Of a stretch of DNA of 64,000 nt, positions 18,869 to 26,891 are shown in pieces. How positions within the stretch are numbered: position 1 is the stretch's first letter; every line of letters begins with the position of its first letter. The notes below the pieces were generated by a model, which did no database searches, was not told the DNA's origin, and was given only the letters and a program-made list of their open reading frames with translations. The position numbers were made by a program, and so were the translations under genes. Origin of the DNA: Verrucomicrobiia bacterium (GTDB lineage: Bacteria; Patescibacteriota; Saccharimonadia; Saccharimonadales; JAGQNK01); NCBI GenBank assembly GCA_035489575.1, contig DATHJY010000013.1, forward strand, positions 91,346 to 155,345. Reading direction: 5' to 3'.

Positions 18869-19039
18869 ATGGTTAATCGTTTGGCATCTTTAGGTGAAGA
18901 TAACGGTTTTGATGACCAAACCTGCTACGAAATTCTTGATATGCCACTCCCAGAAGCTTTTGAGACTGCATACAGCTACTTAACTCAAGCAGGTTTAGAG
19001 GCAGACACCATTCTTGCGGATTATACGGAGGCAGATTAG
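18869..19039 (+). CDS. Small acidic ORF (56 aa)
   Basis: My translation: MVNRLASLGEDNGFDDQTCYEILDMPLPEAFETAYSYLTQAGLEADTILADYTEAD. It starts 13 nt after the previous stop and is below the ORF-track length cutoff. Confidence 0.3.
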   Translation: MVNRLASLGEDNGFDDQTCYEILDMPLPEAFETAYSYLTQAGLEADTILADYTEAD

Positions 19040-19106
19040 TAGACCAGGTCCAACTTTATCGCAGTTATAACTTCCTCTATCGTGCTGAGCCAAAGATTAT
19101 GAACTA

Positions 19107-19136
19107 AAAAGCACCTCTGTAAGTTGAGGTGTTTTT
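19107..19136. terminator. Rho-independent terminator (A-tract / GC stem / T-tract, potentially bidirectional)
   Basis: AAAAAGCACCTC-tgtaagtt-GAGGTGTTTTT. Confidence 0.6.
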
Positions 19137-19204
19137 AATTTGGGATTGCCCCTTCATAAAGCGGATAGCAAAACTTTTCGACCAGATTGATTTAAGAACA
19201 AGCA

Positions 19205-19234
19205 TTGACAAACTGTATATTACAGAAATATACT
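19205..19234 (+). promoter_or_regulatory. Consensus promoter TTGACA-18-TATACT with CTGTA-tat-TACAG operator-like palindrome; leaderless brnT
   Basis: TTGACA at 19205-19210 and TATACT at 19229-19234. ATG 19241 lies 7 nt after the -10. Confidence 0.6.
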
Positions 19235-19240
19235 AAGTTT

Positions 19241-19546
19241 ATGGATATCTTGCCCGAGCCGCTGTCCTTCCAATGGGATAAAGGCAATATCCCTAAGAAC
19301 CTCCAAAAGCATAACGTGACTTATCAAGAAGCTGAGGAAATATTTGTCAACGATCCGTTTATCTTAGCCAGAGACAAAGATCATTCTAAGAGCGAGCGTC
19401 GTTATTGGGTATTAGGTCAGACTAAATCAAATCGAAAGCTCTTTGCAGCTTTTACGATTAGGGGCACTAAAATAAGAGTGATATCCGTTAGGGATATGAC
19501 ACAAGCAGAGGAGGATGTATATGAAGACTATGAAACAAATTCCTGA
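19241..19546 (+). CDS. brnT: BrnT-family toxin (DUF497 ribonuclease toxin)
   Basis: MDILPEPLSFQWDKGNIPKNLQKHNVTYQEAEEIFVNDPFILARDKDHSKSERRYWVLGQT...RVISVRDMTQAE shows the typical FEWDxxKxxxNxxKHGVxFxEA pattern. Confidence 0.8.
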   Translation: MDILPEPLSFQWDKGNIPKNLQKHNVTYQEAEEIFVNDPFILARDKDHSKSERRYWVLGQTKSNRKLFAAFTIRGTKIRVISVRDMTQAEEDVYEDYETNS

Positions 19547-19799
19547 GTTCAAGAACGAGCAAGAAGAAGCCGAGTTCTGGCGCACCCACAACTCTACAGA
19601 ATACGTAGATTGGTCAGATGCCAAGAAAACGGTATTCCCCAACCTCAAGCCAACTACCGAATCGATATCTCTGCGGCTACCGTCACCACTGCTGGCTCGC
19701 CTTAAAGAGTTGGCAAATGATCAAGATGTACCTTATCAGTCGCTTATGAAGGTATACCTAAACGATCGCGTAAAGCACGAGCTTAAGTCCAAGAAATAA
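19521..19799 (+). CDS. brnA: BrnA-family antitoxin (RHH/CopG-like C-terminus)
   Basis: MKTMKQIPEFKNEQEEAEFWRTHNSTEYVDW...SISLRLPSPLLARLKELANDQDVPYQSLMKVYLNDRV. GAGGAGG lies 6 nt upstream of ATG 19521. The gene overlaps the brnT 3-prime end. Confidence 0.75.
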   Translation: MKTMKQIPEFKNEQEEAEFWRTHNSTEYVDWSDAKKTVFPNLKPTTESISLRLPSPLLARLKELANDQDVPYQSLMKVYLNDRVKHELKSKK

Positions 19800-19961
19800 C
19801 TTTCTTTTACGGCAGACCAGAAAATTTGGAAACTGTCCATTAGGTCGAGCCAAACAAGGACTGTCCCCTAGGGGGGCGGTTTTTGTTTGGCTTTCGAGCC
19901 GGCCCCGAAGCAAGACAACGCACCAGCTTTAGCTGACAGAAGGTTGTCAGATATCAATTGG

Positions 19962-21299
19962 TTATGGAGCGGCGAAAACTTCTATTTCCGAGAGACCTAT
20001 ATTCTGTGTGGTACCACTAACCGTTTTGATAACGAGCTTAACACTTGTTGCCGTTATGTTGGGGAAATTTAGCGTAACGCCTGTGCCGTCATTGTTTAGT
20101 GCGCCCACATCCATAGTAGCGATAGTACCCCCTACATTAAACCTAATGTCAGCACTGGTTATCTGGTCGGTACTATTAGGCCGATCATGAAGGACTATCT
20201 TGTTTATGGTTCGTGCTTGTGGCCAAACCAGTTTTAGCCAGCTACCAGCTTTGCCACCCCAAGTAGCCCATTCTTTTGTGTGGTCAGTTGGGTACCCCGT
20301 AGCAAATCCATCGACAGCCTTTCCTGCAAGTTGATCGGACCAGGGAGATTCTGACGAAGTAGTTAAGACTGACGAAGGTGCAATGTTCGTAAACGCCCCC
20401 GACCCACCGTTCTCTGACCGGGTGGTGTATTGCCTGAGTAGCCATTGAGCATAGGTTCCAGTGCCACAGGCTTCATCACTTGTGCAAACAAAATCGTGTG
20501 CCCCGTAAGCATAAAAAGCATTCTTTTTAGCTGTCCAATCCGGTCCCGATACATTTTCTGGCTTGGAAGATATGCCATACCCCTGGTAAGCAGTTACCCC
20601 ATGCGTGTTTGCGAACTGCTGATGAGCTGCTCTGGCAAAGTATGAAGCAGTATGATGGTCACTGTGATCACCGTCACCAAATACGCCGTTAAAGTCCTGG
20701 GTGTATAGCTCATCAGGCTGGTAGCCATTCATCAACGCCAACAGGGTAGCTATAAGCTGTGGCTTAGTGTAGCCAGAAGTTCCATTAACAGCCCATAGCT
20801 CAGATATCGAGCCGAGCCACAGCTTCTGCAAACTGGTGTTATTGGTGGCAGCAAAGCCGCCGCCCTCACCGTTACCATCTGGCAACCGCAGGAATGTTAA
20901 AGATACGGTCGGGTGATTCGTCATTGTAAATACCGGTATCGGATGACCAGGTACACCTGCGTCAATCTCTTGCCATAAGTTCGCTACGCCAGCCATAGAG
21001 GCATAAGCCGCCTTGGCACCCGCCTCGCGTCCCAGCCAATAGTTAGCGTCCCAGCCAGCATCACCGGCAGTGACAAATACCGTTCTTACACATTTGCCAT
21101 TTTGGATATCGTGCCATAGATCGGGATTCTGGAATAGCAAATCGTCATCTTCATGCGCCACAACACTCATGACAGAACCATTCGGACAATCCACTGCACG
21201 CACAGAACTGCCGCTAGATGCTATCAAGCTCACTAAAAACATACTTAGAATCAACCCAATATAAAATCTATTGCCAATATCACTGAATAATTTCTTCAC
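19962..21299 (-). CDS. Secreted PIG-L/LmbE-family deacetylase fused to a discoidin (F5/8 type C)-like domain
   Basis: N-terminal TM/signal. VVAHEDDDLLF resembles the AHPDDE motif. HSDHH is also present. The C-terminal ~130 aa (...KEWATWGGKAGSWLKLVWPQARTINKIVLHDRP...IGLSEIEVF) are discoidin-like. Confidence 0.6.
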   Translation of the reverse strand: MKKLFSDIGNRFYIGLILSMFLVSLIASSGSSVRAVDCPNGSVMSVVAHEDDDLLFQNPDLWHDIQNGKCVRTVFVTAGDAGWDANYWLGREAGAKAAYASMAGVANLWQEIDAGVPGHPIPVFTMTNHPTVSLTFLRLPDGNGEGGGFAATNNTSLQKLWLGSISELWAVNGTSGYTKPQLIATLLALMNGYQPDELYTQDFNGVFGDGDHSDHHTASYFARAAHQQFANTHGVTAYQGYGISSKPENVSGPDWTAKKNAFYAYGAHDFVCTSDEACGTGTYAQWLLRQYTTRSENGGSGAFTNIAPSSVLTTSSESPWSDQLAGKAVDGFATGYPTDHTKEWATWGGKAGSWLKLVWPQARTINKIVLHDRPNSTDQITSADIRFNVGGTIATMDVGALNNDGTGVTLNFPNITATSVKLVIKTVSGTTQNIGLSEIEVFAAP

Positions 21300-21538
21300 T
21301 TAGTACTCCTAATATGGCAGCTTAAACTCACTAAATTTTAGTTTATACTACCGATGCTCGATTAAAAACCATCTGAAATCCGAAACGAATAAATGCCAGT
21401 ATTCGAAGTGCATCTATTGGTAGAAGCTATAGAAAAATACTCAAGCTGAAAGTCGGGGCTCCAATTGTGCCGCAGGCAGTGCGACAAGTTACGAGCATTG
21501 TCCGGCCCCAGAAAAGCGCAGTACTGTATGATGTAGCT

Positions 21539-22078
21539 ATGGAATTTATACAATCAATCAAAGCAACTGCGCAGCAAATTATTGAACTCAGTAACCAGCT
21601 TGGGGAGCGGACGCACACGTGGAACCAAGGAAAGGCAGCACCAGCTGGTGGATATACTGACCGAGCTGGATTTGTTGTCTATGATGATATCGAACTATGT
21701 GCCGATGTTTATGCGGCAGAGGACGGTACCGAGAGCTTGCTACGAGCCAGGCTGGCCTGGTCGCCACAGGACGAAGCTGAGCCAATTCTGTTCACGATAA
21801 TCACACTCGATTTTAATGCCGACCCAGAAAAGACCAAAGCAATCATAGCCGACTCGGATAATCTCACGCAGCAAGCCCTAGTGTCATTGCTGGGCGACCC
21901 AAGCACCACACCAAAACTCATTCATGTTAGCCTAGAAAGCAACCAACATCCTGAGCGCAAACCTGTCGGCAAGCGCTATGAATACAGCGCCGAGGACTTG
22001 CCAAAACTCACAGCAGCAGATCAAGAAGAATTTTTGAGTACGCTCAACAAAGCTTACGACCAAATACTTTCAAAGTAA
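21539..22078 (+). CDS. Hypothetical protein (179 aa)
   Basis: Frame of ORF 21467..22078; ATG 21539 (MEFIQSIKATAQQ...). No family recognised. Confidence 0.4.
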   Translation: MEFIQSIKATAQQIIELSNQLGERTHTWNQGKAAPAGGYTDRAGFVVYDDIELCADVYAAEDGTESLLRARLAWSPQDEAEPILFTIITLDFNADPEKTKAIIADSDNLTQQALVSLLGDPSTTPKLIHVSLESNQHPERKPVGKRYEYSAEDLPKLTAADQEEFLSTLNKAYDQILSK

Positions 22079-22093
22079 GCACTAGTTGGCTGC

Positions 22094-23191
22094 ATGACCA
22101 TAGATCACGAACTGCCTTACATTCCCCCAGCGTCTAGTGTTGACATATTGAGCGATGAGGCCCTGAGGGCAGGGGCACGGAACGTTGCCGAATCAAGCAG
22201 ACCGCGCGAAGGCTTTCCTGGCCTTATTGCCGGTTATCCAAATAGGCGTTTATATATGTCTCGTGAAGATGTTCTTGCAGCTACTATGTCCGAAGAGGTC
22301 CATGAACTGTCTGACGGTACGCTGACCAAGATTCATCGAATCTACCTTACGCCCGGACACGACACCGCGAGCCAAAGCCGTCAAGACTTTTTGTCTAATC
22401 CGGACAACACAGGCAATCTTCTTTACCCACCTGTTGCGGATATCACGACCGGCAGTGATAAAAAAGTCGCGCCGCAGGCTTTCCGGCGGTGGCTTGATAT
22501 GGGGTTTCGGGTATTCGATCAGCATGACAGAGTTTTGCCAGGAACATATGAACGGGTCATACAGCTACTAGGCTTAAGATCTCAGGGCAATTACGGCACA
22601 AAACTCGGTATGCCAGTCGGCAACGGTACCTTTGCGAGCCCTGGCTCGCACCCCGCAAGTGACCCTTTTATTCTTATGCGACTGGCTGATGGCGACCTTG
22701 CCACATTAGTCTCTGGCCATCCGCCAACAGAGCAATCCCATGAGGTATGGGTGCCGCCTGGGGGCTTCGGCTCAAGAGAAGATGTCGTTGAGGGTCGATA
22801 TTCTTCGTGGCAGGCAGCCGTCCGACTTTGTCTGAGGAAAACGGGCTTTGACATCAGGGAATTTCCTCACATGCCCGTGCATGCCGAACTAGCTCTCAGC
22901 TCCCCCACAACAATAAACAGCATTCTTATCCCGGAAAGCCATATGGTGGAAGCTCCATTTAGCGAGAATGCTAAAGTTTTGGATGAGATTCCAACCGGGA
23001 TAGATGTCCAGGGTGCTCAATGGCTATCCGTGCGGGCATTATTACGCCTCAACAATGGCATGCGTCGCCAGGGGCAAGCATCCGAACTCGATCAAGCAGC
23101 CCAACCCGACCATATCTACTGGGATACCCACATGCGCGGATTAATCGCAGCCGTGAATGCTCTTCGCACCGAAAGCCATTTGGTACACTGA
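22094..23191 (+). CDS. Hypothetical protein with a possible divergent Nudix (NUDT9/ADP-ribose pyrophosphatase-like) fold
   Basis: GMPVGNGTFASPGSHPASDPFIL...HEVWVPPGGFGSREDVVEGRYSSWQAAVRLCLRKTGF loosely follows the NUDT9-type pre-Nudix and Nudix-box spacing. The catalytic REx2EE is not intact. Confidence 0.3.
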   Translation: MTIDHELPYIPPASSVDILSDEALRAGARNVAESSRPREGFPGLIAGYPNRRLYMSREDVLAATMSEEVHELSDGTLTKIHRIYLTPGHDTASQSRQDFLSNPDNTGNLLYPPVADITTGSDKKVAPQAFRRWLDMGFRVFDQHDRVLPGTYERVIQLLGLRSQGNYGTKLGMPVGNGTFASPGSHPASDPFILMRLADGDLATLVSGHPPTEQSHEVWVPPGGFGSREDVVEGRYSSWQAAVRLCLRKTGFDIREFPHMPVHAELALSSPTTINSILIPESHMVEAPFSENAKVLDEIPTGIDVQGAQWLSVRALLRLNNGMRRQGQASELDQAAQPDHIYWDTHMRGLIAAVNALRTESHLVH

Positions 23192-23297
23192 GCCACTTCA
23201 ACAAAGTGCTCCGCTCTTACTTTCTTGCATCCTGCGTGGTCGCCCTGAAACACAAAAAGGTTGCTCTTTTTTTCAGGAGGTGGGGTATCATGCATTT

Positions 23298-23867
23298 ATG
23301 TACGAAGATCTAGCATATGCCATCGAGAAACTACTCGCCGAGCAGGAGGTGGTTGTCGTAGCAATATCGGGCCATGGTGGCTCCGGCAAATCGACCCTAG
23401 CCGATAAGCTGGCGCGCCAATTCGGGGTAGCCGATAATCAAATCATTCGAACCGATGGCCTGCACGCAAAGAGTTATATGCAAGCAAAAGACCTTTTTGA
23501 CCATCACGACTGGGCAACCATCATGGACATCATGTCGAATGCCCGCACCAGTGAGCGCCTGAAATACCTAAAGCGTAACGACAAAGAAATAGAGAGCATA
23601 GTTGATGAGCCGCGCCCACGAGTAGTCATATTCGAAGGCATTCGCCTACTGCGCCCAGGGATAATGCCCTTTGTAGACATCAGCGTTTGGATAGATTGCC
23701 CCATAGACCTAGCTACCGCCCGCGCCAAAGAAAGAAATCGTCAGCAGGGTGACAGTGAAGCCGAAATTGCACTATGGGATACCAAATGGGGCCCCGAAGG
23801 CAAGCTTTACGTAGAGCAAGTTTCGCCACACAAAATCGCGAGCTTTATATACACCGAATATATCTAG
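23298..23867 (+). CDS. P-loop nucleoside/nucleotide kinase (uridine kinase/PRK-like)
   Basis: Frame of ORF 23157..23867; ATG 23298. Walker A is VVVAISGHGGSGKSTLADKL. A hydrophobic beta-strand precedes D/E (VVIFEGI). Confidence 0.55.
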   Translation: MYEDLAYAIEKLLAEQEVVVVAISGHGGSGKSTLADKLARQFGVADNQIIRTDGLHAKSYMQAKDLFDHHDWATIMDIMSNARTSERLKYLKRNDKEIESIVDEPRPRVVIFEGIRLLRPGIMPFVDISVWIDCPIDLATARAKERNRQQGDSEAEIALWDTKWGPEGKLYVEQVSPHKIASFIYTEYI

Positions 23868-23903
23868 CGTAATTGATGCACTTGATTTGCTACAATTACC
23901 TCA

Positions 23904-24629
23904 ATGACTGTAAAACATACTTTTTCTGCCATGCTTCAGCCAACCAACCATGCCTGTACACAGGCTGCTACGGCAATGCTGCTCAGTCATTACGACACTA
24001 GCGCAACTGTTGCACAAGTTATGAAAGAATCCCCCACCCATAAGAATGACAATGGTGACGAGGCAGGATCAAGCATGCAGCAACTGGCGGTCTATTGCCT
24101 AGAACAGGGATACGAAGTTGAACTCTATAGCTTTGATGCAATAATCCTAGATCTAAGCTGGGGTGGTTTGTCCAATCAAAAACTGCTCGAAAAACTAGAG
24201 AAGATTAAAGATAGCCGCGATGTAAAAAACTTAGGCAAAAGCGGCACGAGACAATACATCGAAGAATACATAGCCTTCATTAAAAAAGGCGGGAAGTTGA
24301 TAATCAAACCGTACCCAACCACCCAACTGCTAACCGACCTAGTCAAGCAAGGGCCGCTGTGTGTTGCAATTAGCCACCCCACTATGACAGGGGCAGGTCA
24401 CACCAAAAGCGTGGGCTTACGAAAAGACGTCCAGGAAGACCTCAAAAACGGCATCAGCACTCATGCCGTGTTAGCGTACGGCCAAAACGAGGCTGGGGAC
24501 TACCTGATCTCAGACCCGTGGGGGCATCCGCAGAGCTATACGGCTACATCGGATCAACTGATCGCCTCTATCATGGCTGCGCAGTGGCTATGCGACAACA
24601 TAGTCTTTAGAATAAGCGCCAACAAATAA
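23904..24629 (+). CDS. Papain-like cysteine peptidase domain protein (C39-like)
   Basis: The N-terminal QPTNHACTQAATAMLLSHY resembles the Q..C nucleophile region of C39-like peptidases. A later STHAVLAYG...DPWG could supply His/Asp. Confidence 0.4.
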   Translation: MTVKHTFSAMLQPTNHACTQAATAMLLSHYDTSATVAQVMKESPTHKNDNGDEAGSSMQQLAVYCLEQGYEVELYSFDAIILDLSWGGLSNQKLLEKLEKIKDSRDVKNLGKSGTRQYIEEYIAFIKKGGKLIIKPYPTTQLLTDLVKQGPLCVAISHPTMTGAGHTKSVGLRKDVQEDLKNGISTHAVLAYGQNEAGDYLISDPWGHPQSYTATSDQLIASIMAAQWLCDNIVFRISANK

Positions 24630-24985
24630 CTCTAGCGCGTGCTACCCAACCCAGAATAGCGAAATCGACAAGTATTTGTGCTGTGGGCAACTTGCCTAGT
24701 TGCGTTCCTTAGCTAGCCCGAAGCATAAAACCGAAAGGTTGACTGTAACCGGTTTTATTGATGAGCGCCGGTGCACCAAAACTTATCAAAAAGTGTACGA
24801 AACGGCGCCTTCTATCTGACGACCGTCTTTTGCGAGGATGGCGGGGAAGTGCTACGAGAGTACATTCCCGAAGATGCACCAGGTACAGCAATAAGCGTCC
24901 TGGAAGAATCATTGTTTATGCAGGCACTCCGGCGCTCTTCGCAAGCCCAGGCTAATATCGTGCCCGCCGAGCACTCCGGTGATCA

Positions 24986-25570
24986 CTAGTCTGATCGTCG
25001 TTTCTTGATCCAAATATACTGCGCAACAATGACAGCACCTATAAATGTGCCAACTAATGACAGTAGCAAATCACCAATGGTATCACGATAGGCAGACAGT
25101 GATTCAACCGGATGGCTTCTTACAAAACTGGTGTACTCCAACGCTTCCCAAATAATGTGAGTTACCGCGCTGTAAGCAACTACCAGCCCCGCTGTCACCC
25201 ATTTTTCATATCCACGATCTCTTAGCAAATACCCCGCCACTAAAACCCAGGGAATCGACAGCAGCAGATGCATCACGTCGTCCCAAATGGTGATCTTGTC
25301 ATAGAGGGCAAGGGTGTTGCCCAGCAGGTCAAACGCCGCTACAAAGGTCAAAGCCATGTCGACAAAATAAGGATATGCCAGCAGTTTGTTTTTGCGCCTG
25401 GCAAAACTCCAAGCAATGTACGTTAGCAGAGCAGCCAACGGGTAGAAGACAACCCGAAGAGCAATGGCTTTGTTTTTGTACTGCGGCAGGTCACTAAAAT
25501 ACACTGCATGTACCAGCAGGCCAAGCAGGCCGAACTTCAGCAAAATATTAATAGCCTTAAGCTTGCTCAT
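24986..25570 (-). CDS. Polytopic integral membrane protein (about 5-6 TM)
   Basis: 194-aa ORF made of hydrophobic helices (LLGLLVHAVYF, VFYPLAALLTYIAWSF, LTFVAAFDLLGN, LLLSIPWVLVAGYLL, LLLSLVGTFIGAVIVAQY). Confidence 0.55.
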   Translation of the reverse strand: MSKLKAINILLKFGLLGLLVHAVYFSDLPQYKNKAIALRVVFYPLAALLTYIAWSFARRKNKLLAYPYFVDMALTFVAAFDLLGNTLALYDKITIWDDVMHLLLSIPWVLVAGYLLRDRGYEKWVTAGLVVAYSAVTHIIWEALEYTSFVRSHPVESLSAYRDTIGDLLLSLVGTFIGAVIVAQYIWIKKRRSD

Positions 25571-25646
25571 CGCTAGTAACTATATACTTTTAGAACTTTA
25601 AGGCGAAGTGAATTGCGTCTAGCCCAGCATTCGGTGTCGCACGCAA

Positions 25647-26288
25647 GTGGTTTATGATATTGTATCTACTCAAATGGGAACTTATCCAAATATCGCTATC
25701 AGTGACCCAGACAGAGACTGGGAAATAAACCCAAGAGCCGGAGAGGCTGGCATGCAATTGGTTGATGCCTATCGAGAAGGGTTAACTCATCGGGTAGCTA
25801 TGGTGGCTATTCTTAATTCTGAGGCTCAGATTCTATTGCAGGTGCGAGGCGAGAATATTCTGTGGCCAAACTTATGGGACATTTCGGCCGCAGGGCATGT
25901 TGAAGCAAACAAGACATACATGCAGTGTGCAATCTCAGAAACCTCGGAAGAGGTGGGCATAGACATCACACAACAGCCATGTGGCAACTCGCTACAACGT
26001 GTTGCGCACTTCAAGTCCGTAGAAACCGTCATAGCGGGCAACGACCAACGATTGCAAGATGTTGCAACTGTATCTAGGTGGAATACTCTATACGTCTACC
26101 AACTACCTGGTGGTATAGATTACCGCATAGACAATACAGAGGTTGTTGAGGCTTCATGGACAGAGCTAGGAGTAGCTCGACAAGCCATAGCCGAGCAGCC
26201 AGAGGAATTCCGAGAGGGAGCGGTGTACGCCCTGCAAGCACTCTATGCCGTCATTGATGCCGGAAGACTCTCTACTCTACAACAATAG
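25647..26288 (+). CDS. NUDIX hydrolase (IPP-isomerase-like subgroup)
   Basis: LTHRVAMVAILNSEAQILLQVRGENILWPNLWDISAAGHVEANKTYMQCAISETSEEVGI contains a Nudix box of the form Gx5Ex7..ExxEExG. The start is uncertain (GTG 25647 or ATG 25674). Confidence 0.65.
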   Translation: MVYDIVSTQMGTYPNIAISDPDRDWEINPRAGEAGMQLVDAYREGLTHRVAMVAILNSEAQILLQVRGENILWPNLWDISAAGHVEANKTYMQCAISETSEEVGIDITQQPCGNSLQRVAHFKSVETVIAGNDQRLQDVATVSRWNTLYVYQLPGGIDYRIDNTEVVEASWTELGVARQAIAEQPEEFREGAVYALQALYAVIDAGRLSTLQQ

Positions 26289-26292
26289 AGGC

Positions 26293-26850
26293 ATGAAATT
26301 GTGGATTATACAAACTGCGCCCGCGTGGGAAAAGGCGCAACAGACAGGCATACTCAAAGGCGATGGCCGGCGGGTAGACCGCTTCTACAAGCCCTCTTAT
26401 GAATGGTTAATGGGCCAAATGCGAGAACGCGTCCCGCAGTATAAGGGAGGCTACCCTATATGGGCCTACGCTAGCGACAAGCCTGATTTGCGGCGCCGAC
26501 AGTTTACGCGCGGAACCCCTGGTGTTCGCCTAGAGTTTGTAGCAGAAGCCGACGAAGTCCTGATCTCAGATTTTGACGCCTGGCACATGGTATTAAATGG
26601 CATCTACTGCGCACTAACCGAGCAAGAAGACGAGGAATTTTATAAAAATAACGGTTCTTATAGCATGTGGTTCCATGGCAATAAAGACCCAAAAAAAGTC
26701 GCCCAGATCACAAAAAGCTGGGAACGTATCTTTGACGTAGAGGCGTTAGCGGCCACTCCAGAATGGGAAGGATCTCAAACTTTGCAGGCAACACTGGGAC
26801 AAATCACGCTGGATCAGGTTGTCCAGGTTACTCCATTCATTTCACGATAG
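26293..26850 (+). CDS. DUF3841-like protein
   Basis: Frame of ORF 26245..26850; ATG 26293. MKLWIIQTAPAWEKAQQTGILKGDGRRVDRFYKPSYEWLMGQMRERV...YPIWAYA resembles the DUF3841 N-terminus as I remember it. Confidence 0.45.
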   Translation: MKLWIIQTAPAWEKAQQTGILKGDGRRVDRFYKPSYEWLMGQMRERVPQYKGGYPIWAYASDKPDLRRRQFTRGTPGVRLEFVAEADEVLISDFDAWHMVLNGIYCALTEQEDEEFYKNNGSYSMWFHGNKDPKKVAQITKSWERIFDVEALAATPEWEGSQTLQATLGQITLDQVVQVTPFISR

Positions 26851-26891
26851 ATATCTGTTCTCTGGGGTACTTGCTATATAATGCTAATAAA

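Noticed and set aside
24771-24989. 72-aa GTG-start ORF (…GAFYLTTVFCEDGGEVLREYIPEDAPGTAISVLEESLF…) in the 355-bp spacer
   Set aside because: The sequence looks protein-like. However, there is no SD, no -10-proximal start and no family match, and two other overlapping ORFs compete with it. It is left uncalled pending comparative evidence.
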